Shown: positions 1-10,725, counted from the stretch's first letter. The stretch: DNA of 64,000 nucleotides from an uncultured Pseudomonadota bacterium (GCA_963847705.1 CAWKBC010000030.1:352001-416000), one strand, 5' to 3'. Notes: a model not told the origin generated them from the letters alone. Numbers and translations are program-made.

Positions 1-477
1 CGCCGCGTAGGTCGCGCCGTCGACGAAGGAGACGGCACCGTTCGCGGAGGTCCAGACGGTGAGGTCGCCGAAGCCGTCCACGGTGTCGAGGTTGTGAAAG
101 GAGAAGATCACGCCGCCGAGCGCCCCCAGGCGGTCGGAGGCCGGATCGATCGGTTGCGCGGGGGCGCCCGAGAGGGGGACCGCCAGCGCGCCGCGGGTCT
201 GGTCGAGCACGGCGGCGACGTCGTCGGAGGTGATCCCGGCGATGTCCAGATCGCCGGCCAGCAGCTGCGTGCCGGCGACCACCGACCCCAGGTCGGGTGC
301 GTCCCCGGCGCCCCCGTCGGTGGGTGAGGCGCCGTCGGTGGGTGAGGCGCCGTCGAGGTGTGGGACGCCGCTGGCCGGCGCGGAGCCGCCTCCGCAGGCG
401 CCCGCCCAGGTCAACGCGCCCAGGAGCAGCGCCCTTCGCGTCCGGATCGCCGGCAGGTGGTGCGGCAGGATTCGCAC
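1..477 (-). CDS. Lipoprotein, hypothetical (runs off the left edge)
   Basis: Own translation of the minus strand: VRILPHH...ALLLGALTWAGAC (lipobox) GGGSAP..., open to base 1 with GC3-rich codons; not in the ORF track. Confidence 0.65.
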   Translation of the reverse strand, partial: MRILPHHLPAIRTRRALLLGALTWAGACGGGSAPASGVPHLDGASPTDGASPTDGGAGDAPDLGSVVAGTQLLAGDLDIAGITSDDVAAVLDQTRGALAVPLSGAPAQPIDPASDRLGALGGVIFSFHNLDTVDGFGDLTVWTSANGAVSFVDGATYAA

Positions 478-525
478 CAATGTCTTTTCACGTTCCACAG
501 CCGTATTGTCAATCGCGCTTCGTTC

Positions 526-1716
526 GTGAGAAGAATCGATGCCGTGCGCACCTGGCTCAAAGTGATGGTCGTCAGCGGCGCCATCGCCTGGTCTGCCTGT
601 GGCCCGTCGCAGGGAGGGACCGGCGCGCCGAGCGAGCCGGGCGTGTCGGGCGCGTCAGGCGGACCGCACCTCTCATTTCCGATCGTGAACAGCTACGACG
701 GGGCGCTGCTGGCGCCGCTGACTCTCATCACCATCGTCTCCCAGACCCAGTCGGCCGACGCCGAATTCCTCTTCGGGTTCTCCAGCGGAATCGGCGCCAG
801 TGCCTGGTGGAAGCGGCTGGCGGACGAGTACGACCTCGGTCCAGCGTCGGCGGCCGCGAACCTGATGGGGCCGCCCATCATCGGCGACATGACCGACCAC
901 GACGTCTACGACTACATCAGCAACGTGATCTCCGCGAACGGCGGTCCGGAACGAAACGGCAATTCGCTCTATCTGCTCTACCTGCCGGCGGGCATCACCG
1001 TCATCCGGCAGGGGGTCCCCAACACCAACTGCAACAAGTTCGAGGCCTATCACGCGGAGTACGGCACCCGCGGCGACAACCTGGCCGTGGTGCAACAGTG
1101 CGGAGGAGCCGATCCGCGCGACAACATGACGGTGGCAGCCAGCCACGAGATCATCGAGGCGGCGACCGATCCCGACTATCAGAGCTATGCGCTGCCGCCG
1201 ATCCGGCCGCACGCTCCCTGGACGGAGCCCATCTGGAACGCCTACAACCTGACCGGCGGCGCCGAGTTGGCCGACCTCTGCGCCGGCACCTACGACCTCG
1301 AGGCCGGCTACTACTACCAGCGGATCTGGTCGAACCTCGGCGTGGCCAAGGGGGGCGATCCCTGCGCGCCGGAGCTGGCCGAGCCCTACTACGACGCTCT
1401 CTTCGCGCAGGACTGGTATCCGATCAATGCCGGCCAGACGCTCTCGATCCCGATTCTCGGTTGGGCGTCGAGCGGGATGGGATTGTCCTGGCCGCTCGAC
1501 GCCTTCGCCGACAGCGCCGCGACGGGATTCACGGCCACCATCGGGGGTAACGGCACCTTGCGCGTCGGCCAGACGAGCAGCGTGCTGGTCACGGCGCCGG
1601 CCGCCGCTCCCTCGGGGACGTTCGCCCTCATCTCGGTCGAGAGCGATCGCCCGATGACCACGCCGCCGCTGACGGACGGCGCTCACATCAATTACGTCGG
1701 CGTCTACGTTCCTTGA
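526..1716 (+). CDS. Lipoprotein with Phi-1/EXORDIUM-like (HExxE) domain
   Basis: Signal ...GAIAWSAC; motifs AYH, ASHEIIEAATDP, ELADLC; start GTG 526 inferred inside ORF 358..1716. Confidence 0.6.
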   Translation: MRRIDAVRTWLKVMVVSGAIAWSACGPSQGGTGAPSEPGVSGASGGPHLSFPIVNSYDGALLAPLTLITIVSQTQSADAEFLFGFSSGIGASAWWKRLADEYDLGPASAAANLMGPPIIGDMTDHDVYDYISNVISANGGPERNGNSLYLLYLPAGITVIRQGVPNTNCNKFEAYHAEYGTRGDNLAVVQQCGGADPRDNMTVAASHEIIEAATDPDYQSYALPPIRPHAPWTEPIWNAYNLTGGAELADLCAGTYDLEAGYYYQRIWSNLGVAKGGDPCAPELAEPYYDALFAQDWYPINAGQTLSIPILGWASSGMGLSWPLDAFADSAATGFTATIGGNGTLRVGQTSSVLVTAPAAAPSGTFALISVESDRPMTTPPLTDGAHINYVGVYVP

Positions 1717-1734
1717 GCCGCCGCTGGGCCCGGG

Positions 1735-2478
1735 CTACGGAACTTCGTAGGTGATGGTGAACGTCCAGTTGGTGGCGGTCACCTTCCCGTTGACTTCGGC
1801 CGGCTTGAAGCGGAAGTGGCGCAGCGCGCTCTTCACCGCGGCCGCGCCCAGCCCGTAGCCGGGATCGTTGACGAACTTCGCGCTGCGCACGCGGCCGTTG
1901 GCGTCGATGACGATCTTCAGCGTGACGCTCCCTTCGAACCCCGCGTCGAGCGCCTCCTTCGGGTATTCGCTCTTGGGGATCTCGACGTCGATCGGCTCGG
2001 GCTGCACGGTCAGGGCCGCCGCGTGCGCGACCGGGCCGATGTCGTCGGCGGCCGGCGCGGCCGCGCGCGCCCCCGGCTTGCCCGCCAGGCTGTTGCCCAC
2101 GGGCGCGGAGAACCCGCCGCTCGTGCTGGTCGACGACATCGAGATGCCTAGGTGCACCGGTCCCGGCGTCGCCGCGGGCGCGGTCGTCGGCGGCGGCGTC
2201 TCGGGAGGTGGCGTCTCCGGCGGCGGCGTGTTCGTGGGCGGCGGCGGTCTGTTGAGCGCGACCCGGCGCGCCGGGCGCAACTTGAGTGGCTCGGCCGCCT
2301 TGGGCGGCTCGGGGGGCGGCGGCGCCTTGGGCGCTACCGGCTTCACGGTCTCGACGATCTGGACGTCGACCTTCTCGCTGCGGTGCGGGTGCGCCGGCAG
2401 CTGCCAGGCCCAGCCGAAGACGCCCAGGTGCGCGGCTGCCGAGAGCGCGTAGGCCGCCGTCGGAGTGAGCCGCCTCAT
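1735..2478 (-). CDS. tonB: Energy transducer TonB
   Basis: N-terminal TM with SxxxH, Pro-rich spacer, TonB-C domain (YPKEA...GFEGSVTLKIVIDANGRV). Confidence 0.85.
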   Translation of the reverse strand: MRRLTPTAAYALSAAAHLGVFGWAWQLPAHPHRSEKVDVQIVETVKPVAPKAPPPPEPPKAAEPLKLRPARRVALNRPPPPTNTPPPETPPPETPPPTTAPAATPGPVHLGISMSSTSTSGGFSAPVGNSLAGKPGARAAAPAADDIGPVAHAAALTVQPEPIDVEIPKSEYPKEALDAGFEGSVTLKIVIDANGRVRSAKFVNDPGYGLGAAAVKSALRHFRFKPAEVNGKVTATNWTFTITYEVP

Positions 2479-2897
2479 TGCTCCTTTTCGATGTTGATCG
2501 CGAACTTCGAGACCCCCTCGCCCTTGATGAGGTCGAGGAGGTGGACCACCGAGCCGTGCAGCGCCATCTTGTCGGCGCTGATGATCACGCGCGTGTCCTG
2601 ATCCTTGGCCACGGCGGCGCGGGCCGCGTCGCGCAGCCCCGTCTCGTCGCGCTTCTTGCCGTCGAGGTAGATGTCGCCCTCCTTGGTCAGGATCACCGCC
2701 AGCGTGGTGCCGGTCGACTCGCCGGCGTTCGCGGCGCGCGGCAGATCGATGTGGATCGACTGCCGCACGATGTAGGTCGCCGTCACCATGAAGATGATCA
2801 GCAGCACCAGCGTGATGTCGACCAGCGGCGTGACGTTGATGCCGGAGATCATCCCGCCTTCGTCACCGTCCTGATCGCCGTCGGAGATCGAGGCCAT
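2475..2897 (-). CDS. exbD: Biopolymer transporter ExbD/TolR
   Basis: INVTPLVDITLVLLIIFMV signature. Confidence 0.9.
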   Translation of the reverse strand: MASISDGDQDGDEGGMISGINVTPLVDITLVLLIIFMVTATYIVRQSIHIDLPRAANAGESTGTTLAVILTKEGDIYLDGKKRDETGLRDAARAAVAKDQDTRVIISADKMALHGSVVHLLDLIKGEGVSKFAINIEKEQ

Positions 2898-3533
2898 CTA
2901 GGCGGCCTCGCTCTTGACGTCCGTTCCCCGCAGGCGCGCCTCCAGCAGGTCGCCAAGGTAGGCGGCGCGCTGGGAGGCCCGGCGCAGCGCGCGCTGGAAG
3001 ATGTTGTAGGCGACCACCGCCGGCAGCGCGACCAGCAGGCCCACCGCCGTGGCGATGAGCGCCTCGGAGATCCCGGACATGACCGAGCTGGCGCCACCCG
3101 CGCTGGGGTTCCGGGCCAGATCGGCGAAGGCGCGGATGATTCCCAGCACCGTCCCGAAGAGGCCGATGAACGGGGCGTTGTTCCCCAGCGTGGCCAGAAA
3201 GGCCAGCCGCGACTCGTACTCGAGGCGCGACTTCTTGATCGCGGCGTCGACCACCTTGGCGACGCTGTCGGCGCCGCGCTCGGCCTGCCCCAGCGCCGCG
3301 CCGACCACCTCGGCCTCGATGCCGTCGCGATCGGCGACGGCCGCCCGCGCCTTGGCGAGATCCCCGCTCAGCAACCAGCCGGCCAGCGCCTCGCGGTTGG
3401 GGAGCCGCCGCGTCAGATAGAACGTGGCGCGCTCGATCATGATGCCGACCGAGACGACCGACAGGCCGATGAGCAGCCAGAGCACCCAGGCCGCACCCAG
3501 GTTCACGATGGCGAGGAGCTTCTGGACGATCAT
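2898..3533 (-). CDS. exbB: MotA/TolQ/ExbB proton channel
   Basis: LATLGNNAPFIGLFGTVLGII, GISEALIATAVGL. Confidence 0.9.
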   Translation of the reverse strand: MIVQKLLAIVNLGAAWVLWLLIGLSVVSVGIMIERATFYLTRRLPNREALAGWLLSGDLAKARAAVADRDGIEAEVVGAALGQAERGADSVAKVVDAAIKKSRLEYESRLAFLATLGNNAPFIGLFGTVLGIIRAFADLARNPSAGGASSVMSGISEALIATAVGLLVALPAVVAYNIFQRALRRASQRAAYLGDLLEARLRGTDVKSEAA

Positions 3534-3601
3534 TTCGGTGAGTCCTTTCTCATGTTCCTGTCGGTCTCATTTTCTTCCGGCTCATGTACCTACCGGGCGG
3601 G

Positions 3602-4640
3602 TCACTGGAAAGCTTGCGCGATCCAGTTCTCCCCGTCCCGTCCGTCGCGCACGACGCCGTAGAGCGTGAACGGCCCCGGCGGGCGGGTGTAGAGCTCGAA
3701 GGTGCGGCTGGCCAGATCGGGGGTGCCGGCGGTGTTGGAGTTGGAGATGGTGGCCTGGGATCCGCCGGTGGCGTACCAGGTGATGCTCGGATATTCCATC
3801 TCGCTGCCGTCGACCCCGTCGAGGCCGCAATAGTAATAGGTCTGGATGTCGGCGTCGGGGATCTGGCCGCAGATGGTCTGGGTGCCCGGGGGAAACGCCG
3901 CCGGCGGACACCAGTGGTCGGTCGAGCAGGTGGCCCCGCCGCAGTCGGCGTCGGTCTGGCAGCTCGCCACCAGCGTCTGCCCGGTGCAGGCGCTCTTGTC
4001 CACGGGGATGTTGAGCGCCTCGATGCTGGGGTTGGCATTGCGGACGTAGCCCTGCAGCGCCGGGTTGGACGTGTCGGTGGGGCCGATTCTGGCTCCAGGG
4101 CGACAGGCGCAGGTTCTTGACGGCGGTGACGACGGAGCCGTCGCTCCCCTGGGCGATGATGATGACCGGCGCCTCGATGAAGAGCGAGCACTGGGCGACG
4201 AGCATCGTGGGGTCTTCGGCGCGGGTGATCAGCTGCTGGAGGAGGTCCCCGACCTCTTGCGGGACGGTGTACTGGATCGTCTCGCCGACGCCGAGCTCGA
4301 TGACGCCGTCCATGCCGATGAGCTGGACGGGATCCCGCAGCACGAGCTCGTTGGTGCAGGGGGTGATCGTCTGGTTGAGCGACGGCAGGCAGGTCACCCA
4401 GGTGACCGTCACCGTCGGGATGTTGGTGGGGTTGGCCACCAGCGCGCTGAAGGTCACCGTGTCGCCCACCTCGGCGTCGGCCCAGTCGACGCCGTCGCCG
4501 TTGTCGATGTGAGAGGCCGCGCCCAGGATCCGCAGGCCGGTCACCAGCTGGTCGTTGCGATCGAACCCGGAGACGCACGACGCCAGGCCGAGCGCGACGA
4601 GGGGGGCGAACCGCCAGGCGGGGGATGGCAGGCGACTCAA
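3602..4640 (-). CDS. TBDR-associated lipoprotein, frameshifted near 4088 (pseudogene or sequencing indel)
   Basis: TTG start overlapping the TBDR stop; LVALGLASC lipobox; the frame continues into ORF 3602..4003 if one A of CAGAATC (4085-4091, minus strand) is removed. Confidence 0.7.
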
Positions 4641-7255
4641 AACTCCGCCCTCAGTCCGAGCGTGGGAAAGATCGGCAGTCCCGTCAAGGTCGAATACCCC
4701 TGGCAATTGTAGTTCGGGAACAGCGCCTCGGGGTTGGCGCGGTTGGTGACGTTCTGGATGTCGAGGTACGGCGTGAAGCTCCAGTTGTTGTAGACGAAGC
4801 GGCGGTCGATCCGGATATCGGCCTGGAAGAACCCGGGTGCCCGCGCCGTGTCGGGATTCCCGGCGATGCACTCGTAGCTGGCGTTGTTGGCGTTGAAGAT
4901 CCCGTTGACGAAAGGTGTGTAGGGATCGCCGCTCGTGTAGCGCAGCCGCGTTCCGAAGGTCCAGTTGTGCTCGGTCTGGTACGACGCGATGACGGTCAGG
5001 ATGTGGGTCTGGTCGAAGTCGTAGAGGTGATAGCCGGACGTGTCCACCGACGGATCGTCGAGGCGGGTGCTGCGCGACAGGGTGTAAGCGACCCACCCGT
5101 AAAGACCGCGCATGAGCTGCCGGCGGAGCAGAACCTCCATGCCGTAGGAACGTCCTTTGCCCAGGTTGGAGAGGTTCAACGCCGCGCCCATCGGGTCGGT
5201 CAGGTTCGTCTCCGTCACCAGCTGGTACATGTACTTGTCGTAGAGGGTCAGCCCGAGGTTGACGTCGAAGGGGAGCTTCTGGTCGACGCCGATGCTGTAC
5301 TGGAGCGACCGCTGGTAGGTGAGATCCGGGTTGCCGAACTTCGCCGTGAAGTCCTGCGGCTGCGGCGCTTCCGAGTAGAGGCCGATCGCGGCCTTGAGGA
5401 CGGTCTTGGGCCCCGCGGTGAAGAACGCCGACAGGCGGGGATCGAACCACCAGGAGTTGCCGCTGGTGATGCGGGAGTTGCCGTCGAAGCGGAGGCCGGG
5501 CTGCACGTGCAGGCGCGAGCCGAGGGCGATGTCGGCGAAGGCGAACAGCCCGGGCTGCGCCCAGGCGCCGCTGGCCTGGGCGTTCTGCGGCGGGTTGGCC
5601 GAGAGGCCACCCATGCCGAAGGCGGCGCCCGGCTGGCCAAACAGCGGAAGGGTGACGTTGTACGAGTAGTAGCGCAGCGACGAGTCGACCCCCATCTGCA
5701 AGTTGAAGCGCTCCGACGGTCGGTAGCTCATCGTGTCGCGCAGGTTGACCGACCAGGTGGTGGCGTCGATCTTGATCGCGTTCACCGCCTCGGTGATCTG
5801 ATCGTCGTAGCCGAATGACAGCACGGCGTCGTTGCGCCAGTTGTGCGCGAACCCGAGCTGCCAGCGGGCGGCCAGGCGCTGGAACTGGATCGTGCTGTCG
5901 AAGGAGATCGGGCGTGCGGTGTTGCTGTCCAGGACATCGAGCGCGTCGCTCGAGCCGAAGGCGAAGATCGACCCCTGACCTCCCCCCAGCGCGTGCACGT
6001 ACTTGACCTGATAGTCGTAGAAGACGGGCGCCACGGAGAGGCCGTGTGGCACGACCGCCTTCAGCACCTCGTCGACCCAGCTGCGGCGCACCGAGGCGAA
6101 GAAGCTGCCGTCGCCCACCGGGCCCTCGACCATCGCCGCGCCGTCGTAGAGATCGACGTGGCCGGCGCCGTGCCACTCGTGTTTGGGGTCGCGGGTGTGA
6201 ATCTCCACCGCGCCGCCCATGGCGTTGCCGTAGTAGGGGGAGAAGTTGCCGGGGAAAAAATCGAGGCCCGAGATGACGTCCGAGTTGATGACCGCGGTGA
6301 GCGCCAGGAAGTGAAAGAGGAGGGGGATCTGGACCCCGTCCATGTAGACGACGGTGTCCTGCGGCGCCGAGCCCCGCACGATGAGCAGGCCCAGGCCGAA
6401 CGGCGCGCGCGCCACGCCGGGGAAGTCCTGAATCACCTTGAGCACGTCCCCCTGCGTCCCGGGGACGGTGGTCAGCTCCTGCACCGCGACCTCGTGGACG
6501 GAGACCTCCTTCCGTTCGCGCGCTCCGCGCACCACCGACTCGAACGCGCCGTAGCGCTTTCGATTCATCCGGTACTCCACCTCCTTCACCTTGCCCGCCT
6601 CGATGATCTCGTCGATGGCCAGGTTGTGGTGGGCGGACGAGACGATGCGCACCTTGATCGGTCCGACCGGCAGGCCGCGCAGCGTGAACCGGCCGTCGGC
6701 GTCGGTCTCCGCCGTCGCGTCGCCCGCCTCCACGCTGGCGGCGACCACCGGCGACCGCGTGCCGCGCTCGATGACGCGGCCGATGAGCGAGACCGGCTTC
6801 TCGGTGGGCGGTGGTGGCGGCGGCGCGCGTTTGAGCACGAAGTCGTAGCGGTATTCAATCTCCACCGCCGTCGGTTTTCCGCCGATCACGGCGGGGGAGA
6901 ACTGGAACTGTTTGACGGCGGCCTCGGCGGCCGGAGCGAACCCCGGATGCGGCCCTGGGTCGATGACTCGGACCGCGCCGACCGCCCCTTTCTCGTCGAT
7001 CACGATCGAGAAGGTGACGGACCCGGCGATCCCGGCCGCGTCGGCGTCGGGGGGGTAGACCGCCGGGACGAAGTGCGTCAGGACGGGCGGTTTGACCGCC
7101 GGTTCGCCGCCGTCCGCCGGCGCGGCCGCGGGGGGCTCCGCCTGGGCGGCCGGGGGCGCTGCGTCGATCCCGCCGTCGACCGACGATGCGCCCAACGGCG
7201 CGGCCACCTGTGCGGATGACAGGGCCAAGACCAGGGCGGCGAGGTGGGAACCCAT
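4637..7255 (-). CDS. TonB-dependent receptor with N-terminal TonB-C and carboxypeptidase-regulatory-like domains
   Basis: Signal peptide, TonB-C (YPPDA...GSVTFSIVID), plug (VIQDFPGV...VRGSAP), beta-barrel ending in LGLRAEF. Confidence 0.9.
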   Translation of the reverse strand: MGSHLAALVLALSSAQVAAPLGASSVDGGIDAAPPAAQAEPPAAAPADGGEPAVKPPVLTHFVPAVYPPDADAAGIAGSVTFSIVIDEKGAVGAVRVIDPGPHPGFAPAAEAAVKQFQFSPAVIGGKPTAVEIEYRYDFVLKRAPPPPPPTEKPVSLIGRVIERGTRSPVVAASVEAGDATAETDADGRFTLRGLPVGPIKVRIVSSAHHNLAIDEIIEAGKVKEVEYRMNRKRYGAFESVVRGARERKEVSVHEVAVQELTTVPGTQGDVLKVIQDFPGVARAPFGLGLLIVRGSAPQDTVVYMDGVQIPLLFHFLALTAVINSDVISGLDFFPGNFSPYYGNAMGGAVEIHTRDPKHEWHGAGHVDLYDGAAMVEGPVGDGSFFASVRRSWVDEVLKAVVPHGLSVAPVFYDYQVKYVHALGGGQGSIFAFGSSDALDVLDSNTARPISFDSTIQFQRLAARWQLGFAHNWRNDAVLSFGYDDQITEAVNAIKIDATTWSVNLRDTMSYRPSERFNLQMGVDSSLRYYSYNVTLPLFGQPGAAFGMGGLSANPPQNAQASGAWAQPGLFAFADIALGSRLHVQPGLRFDGNSRITSGNSWWFDPRLSAFFTAGPKTVLKAAIGLYSEAPQPQDFTAKFGNPDLTYQRSLQYSIGVDQKLPFDVNLGLTLYDKYMYQLVTETNLTDPMGAALNLSNLGKGRSYGMEVLLRRQLMRGLYGWVAYTLSRSTRLDDPSVDTSGYHLYDFDQTHILTVIASYQTEHNWTFGTRLRYTSGDPYTPFVNGIFNANNASYECIAGNPDTARAPGFFQADIRIDRRFVYNNWSFTPYLDIQNVTNRANPEALFPNYNCQGYSTLTGLPIFPTLGLRAEF

Positions 7256-7461
7256 CGTCGACAGGACAATGGACTACCCCGCGGGGCGTCGCGATGCCAA
7301 GGACCTTCAGCACGACGGGGGGGGGACGCCGTGGCGACTTTCCTTTTCCGGAACGAGGCCCTGCGGTATAAAGCGCCCTTGCCGCCGCCCCGGCGGAAGC
7401 GCTTGCCGGCCGGAAGGCTTTGTCGCCCGGCAGCTCCCGATCCCCCATAAGGAGTCCAAAA

Positions 7462-9387
7462 ATGGTTTCACGCACTATTTCTTTCTTGGCCTGCGTCGCC
7501 GTGCTCGGCTCCGCTCTCTTCGTGGGCGGCTGCGCCCAGCCCGCCAGTGGTAACGGCACGGGAACCGGCGGCAGCGGCACGGGGACCGGCGGCAGCGGCA
7601 ACGGGACCGGCGGCAACGGCACCGGGACTGGCGGCAACGGCAGCGGCACCGGCGGTTCCAACCAGGGGACGGGCGGCAGGGTCACGGGAACGGGGGGCAG
7701 CGCCACCGGCACGGGGGGCACTGGCACCGGCACGGGCGGCAGCGCCACCGGCACGGGGGGCACTGGCACCGGGACGGGCGGCACCGGCACGAGCACGGGC
7801 GGTACTGGAACGGGGACCGGCGGCACCGGCACGGCCACCGGCGGGTCGACCGGCACCGGCGGCACCTCCTCGGCGGGCGATCCTCCCGGCTACTACAAGA
7901 CCGCGGACTGGAAGGTCACCAGCGTCGATTGGCACGGCTGCGTCTGGACCGGCGTCGACAGCACCGTCGCCGGCAGCACCACCAGCATCATGCCGCAGGA
8001 CTTCACGGGCCAATCCACCGAGGGTGGCCCGTACGAGGTCAAGGGGACCGTCTTCAACGACTACAACGCGGTCGCGCTCTTGGGCTTCAATTTGAATGAG
8101 GCCGTGACGGGAAGCAGCACGCAGTGCAAGTACAACAAGGCTGCGGCGACCAGCAGTGGGCCGCCCGTTGCGACGATCCCCAGCTCGGCGACCGGCATCG
8201 CCGTGAACTGGAGCGAAACGAAGGCGCCCCCGACCTCCTTTCGCATTCAGATTCAGGACGTGGACGGCGCGACCAACGCTGCTCACCGGTGGTGCGCGAC
8301 CATCACCGACGCGGCGGGGCCGAGCTTCATCAAGTTCACGGACTTCTATCCGCAGTGCTGGAACGTCGGGAATGCGACGATGAGTCCCGGTACCGCGTTC
8401 GATCCCAAGAGCAACACGATCGACGCCGTGGTCTTCTTGGTTCCCGGCTCGGTCACTCCCACGACGGGGGCACCGTTCGACTTCACGATCGTCGGCTTCG
8501 CGCCCGGGACCAGCAAGTCGGACGCTCCCGCGGGCGGGACATCCTCTTGCGGGACCCTCACCGGTACGCTGGGCTCGTCGAGCGCATCGCAGGCCGCGTC
8601 GTTCCAACGGGCGGCCGTGACCGGGACGGACTGCAAGACATATATCGTCCAGAACAACAACTGGGGCAATCCGACGGGCAGCACCCAGCTCGTCAATTAT
8701 ACCGGGGCCAGCTTCACCGTCGCGAGCAGCAGCGGTTCGGGCAGCAGCGCTCCGGCGTCCTTCCCGTCCGTCTACGTCGGCGCCAACGGCAACATCGCGA
8801 ACGGAAGCTACAACACCTGGGCGGACACTGGCCTGCCGAAGCAGATCAGCGCGATCAACAGCGCCATGACCACCTTCGGTTGGTCCGGCGGTGCGAACAA
8901 CGGCCAGTTCAACGCCACCTACGACGTGTGGTTCTCCAAGACGGATCCGACCAGCCAGGCGGGTATGTACAACGACGGGATCTCCGGCTTCATCATGGTC
9001 TGGCTCTACAAGCCAAGTAATTTCCATCCCATCGGCAACAGCAGTATTCGCCAAGCGACGATCGGTGGGCACACCTGGGACGTCTGGGCCGGGCCTCGCG
9101 GCAGCGGTCAGGGAAATACCGGGGGGACCAATGATGGCTCGGGCCGTCCGGTCATTTCGTACGTCATCAACGGTGCTGCGCTGTCGAGTCTGACGTTCGA
9201 CCTGAAGGCCTTCATGACCGACGCCGTCACCAACGGAGCCTCGGATATGAGCAAGGGCCAAAGCGGCATCACCCAGGCGTTTGCCAGCAGCTGGTACCTG
9301 ACCGACGTCTTCACCGGCTTCGAGATCTGGAACGGTGGCGACGCAACCAACCTGAAAAACACCGGGTTCTCCATCGCGGTCAAGTAG
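7462..9387 (+). CDS. Lipoprotein: Gly/Thr linker, CBM-like domain, C-terminal GH12-like domain
   Basis: RBS TAAGGAG; LFVGGC lipobox; YIVQNNNWG, FPSVYVG, YDVWF, FIMVWL, PIG, GFEIW motifs. Confidence 0.75.
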   Translation: MVSRTISFLACVAVLGSALFVGGCAQPASGNGTGTGGSGTGTGGSGNGTGGNGTGTGGNGSGTGGSNQGTGGRVTGTGGSATGTGGTGTGTGGSATGTGGTGTGTGGTGTSTGGTGTGTGGTGTATGGSTGTGGTSSAGDPPGYYKTADWKVTSVDWHGCVWTGVDSTVAGSTTSIMPQDFTGQSTEGGPYEVKGTVFNDYNAVALLGFNLNEAVTGSSTQCKYNKAAATSSGPPVATIPSSATGIAVNWSETKAPPTSFRIQIQDVDGATNAAHRWCATITDAAGPSFIKFTDFYPQCWNVGNATMSPGTAFDPKSNTIDAVVFLVPGSVTPTTGAPFDFTIVGFAPGTSKSDAPAGGTSSCGTLTGTLGSSSASQAASFQRAAVTGTDCKTYIVQNNNWGNPTGSTQLVNYTGASFTVASSSGSGSSAPASFPSVYVGANGNIANGSYNTWADTGLPKQISAINSAMTTFGWSGGANNGQFNATYDVWFSKTDPTSQAGMYNDGISGFIMVWLYKPSNFHPIGNSSIRQATIGGHTWDVWAGPRGSGQGNTGGTNDGSGRPVISYVINGAALSSLTFDLKAFMTDAVTNGASDMSKGQSGITQAFASSWYLTDVFTGFEIWNGGDATNLKNTGFSIAVK

Positions 9388-9408
9388 TCCGGCGCCTGCA
9401 GCGTGAAG

Positions 9409-9441
9409 AAGAGCTCGGTCGGAAGGCCGGGCTCTTTTTTT
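9409..9441 (+). terminator. Rho-independent terminator
   Basis: AAGAGCTCGGTC-GGAA-GGCCGGGCTCTT followed by a T-run, directly after the stop. Confidence 0.85.
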
Positions 9442-9493
9442 GCTCGCCGCTCGATTTCGACGGCGCGCACGCCGTTGGCCGCTGGCGGTCAGC

Positions 9494-9599
9494 CCCAGTT
9501 GAACCCGTAGCGCAGGTACAGTTCGTCGCCGACGCGCTCGAGTGACGCGAGCGTTGGGTTGGGGATCTCGTCGGGGGTGAAGCCTGGGTCGGCGGTGAG
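9494..9599 (-). repeat. Diverged direct-repeat copy of the ribD-like 3' end (matches 10755-10860)
   Basis: Near-identical sequence 1261 bp apart (cgtagcgcaggtacag(t/c)tcgtcgccgacgcgctcgagtgacgcgagc). Confidence 0.85.
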
Positions 9600-9616
9600 C
9601 CTGTCCGACGCGGACT

Positions 9617-10653
9617 ATCCCCGTCGACAGCGGCGCTGGCGGGATCTCAGGAACGGATGGAGGCGCGGGAACGACCGGAGCCGCGGGCGCGCCCCGCGGG
9701 CTCGGCGGCGCATCAGGCGATCTTGGCGCTGCAGGTGGAAATTCGGCCCCAGGCGGTGGTTCGGGAGCGCGCGGAGCGGTCGGCGGATCCTCGGCGACTG
9801 GAACCGGCGGGTGTCAGGGACCGGTGGGACAAGCTCCCAAGCGGGAGCTGGCGGAACCGGCGCGGGAGGGGCCGGCGGCAGCTCGGGTGGATCGGGCGGC
9901 AATAGATCCGGCCTCGGCGTTGCCTGCTCCGCGCGCACAGACTGCCAATCTGGATTTTGCGTCGACGGCGTTTGTTGCGACTCGGCCTGCGACGGCGTGT
10001 GCGAGCAGTGCAGCTCAGCCGGCGTCTGCACGATGCCCGCGACCGACTCCGCGTGCGCACCCGTGAGTTGCCCGCAAAGCACCGCCTGCAAGACTTACAC
10101 GAGCAGCACTTTGTCGACAAACCTGTGCAAATCGCAGGGCGAGTGCAAGACGCCAAGCGACTGTCCATCTCAGTACACGGCGGTTCGCACTCCGTGCGGG
10201 GGGACAGCGCCGGATCAGATGCTTTGTGATGGCGCAGGCTCGTGTAAGCAGCCGACCGTCCTCTGCGGCGCTGCCGCGTCTTGTCCAACAATGCCTGGGA
10301 GCTGTGAGATCGTCGGTCAAGGCGGTACCCAAGCTTTGCCCGCGGTCAGCATCAGCTGTACGACAAGTGACAGTGGGTGCGGCTCGGCGAACGCCTACTG
10401 CGTCAACATCACGTGCGATGGCTCGAGCGATTGTCCAACAGGTACGGTGTGCTGCTGGGTCTCAGGAGGCGGCCAAAGTTCGACCTGCACGGCTGCTACG
10501 AATTGCACGAGCGGCCCTTACACCACGGCAAGCATCATGTGCGAACCGACGCTCGGCAACGCGGATTGTCCGTCCGGTCTAACTTGCTCGGGTGACTTCG
10601 GCGGTACGGCCATCTTCGGCGGCAGTGGCTCGAGCTATCACTACTGTAGGTAA
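9617..10653 (+). pseudogene. Cys-rich secreted-type protein with Gly-rich linker; 5' end missing, indel near 9810
   Basis: CQSGFCVDGVCCDSACDGVCEQC myxobacterial Cys-rich motif; the Gly-rich upstream part lies in another frame; no start or signal peptide visible. Confidence 0.55.
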
Positions 10654-10725
10654 CCGGTTGGGAGCGGGCGGGCCGGGCTCCGAGTGTCGATCCTCGCGGC
10701 CATCTCGTCAGCCCATGATGTGCGG

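Noticed and set aside
7550-7870. GGT/GGC-rich repeats as mobile or structural DNA repeats
   Set aside because: They encode Gly/Thr linkers typical of these lipoproteins
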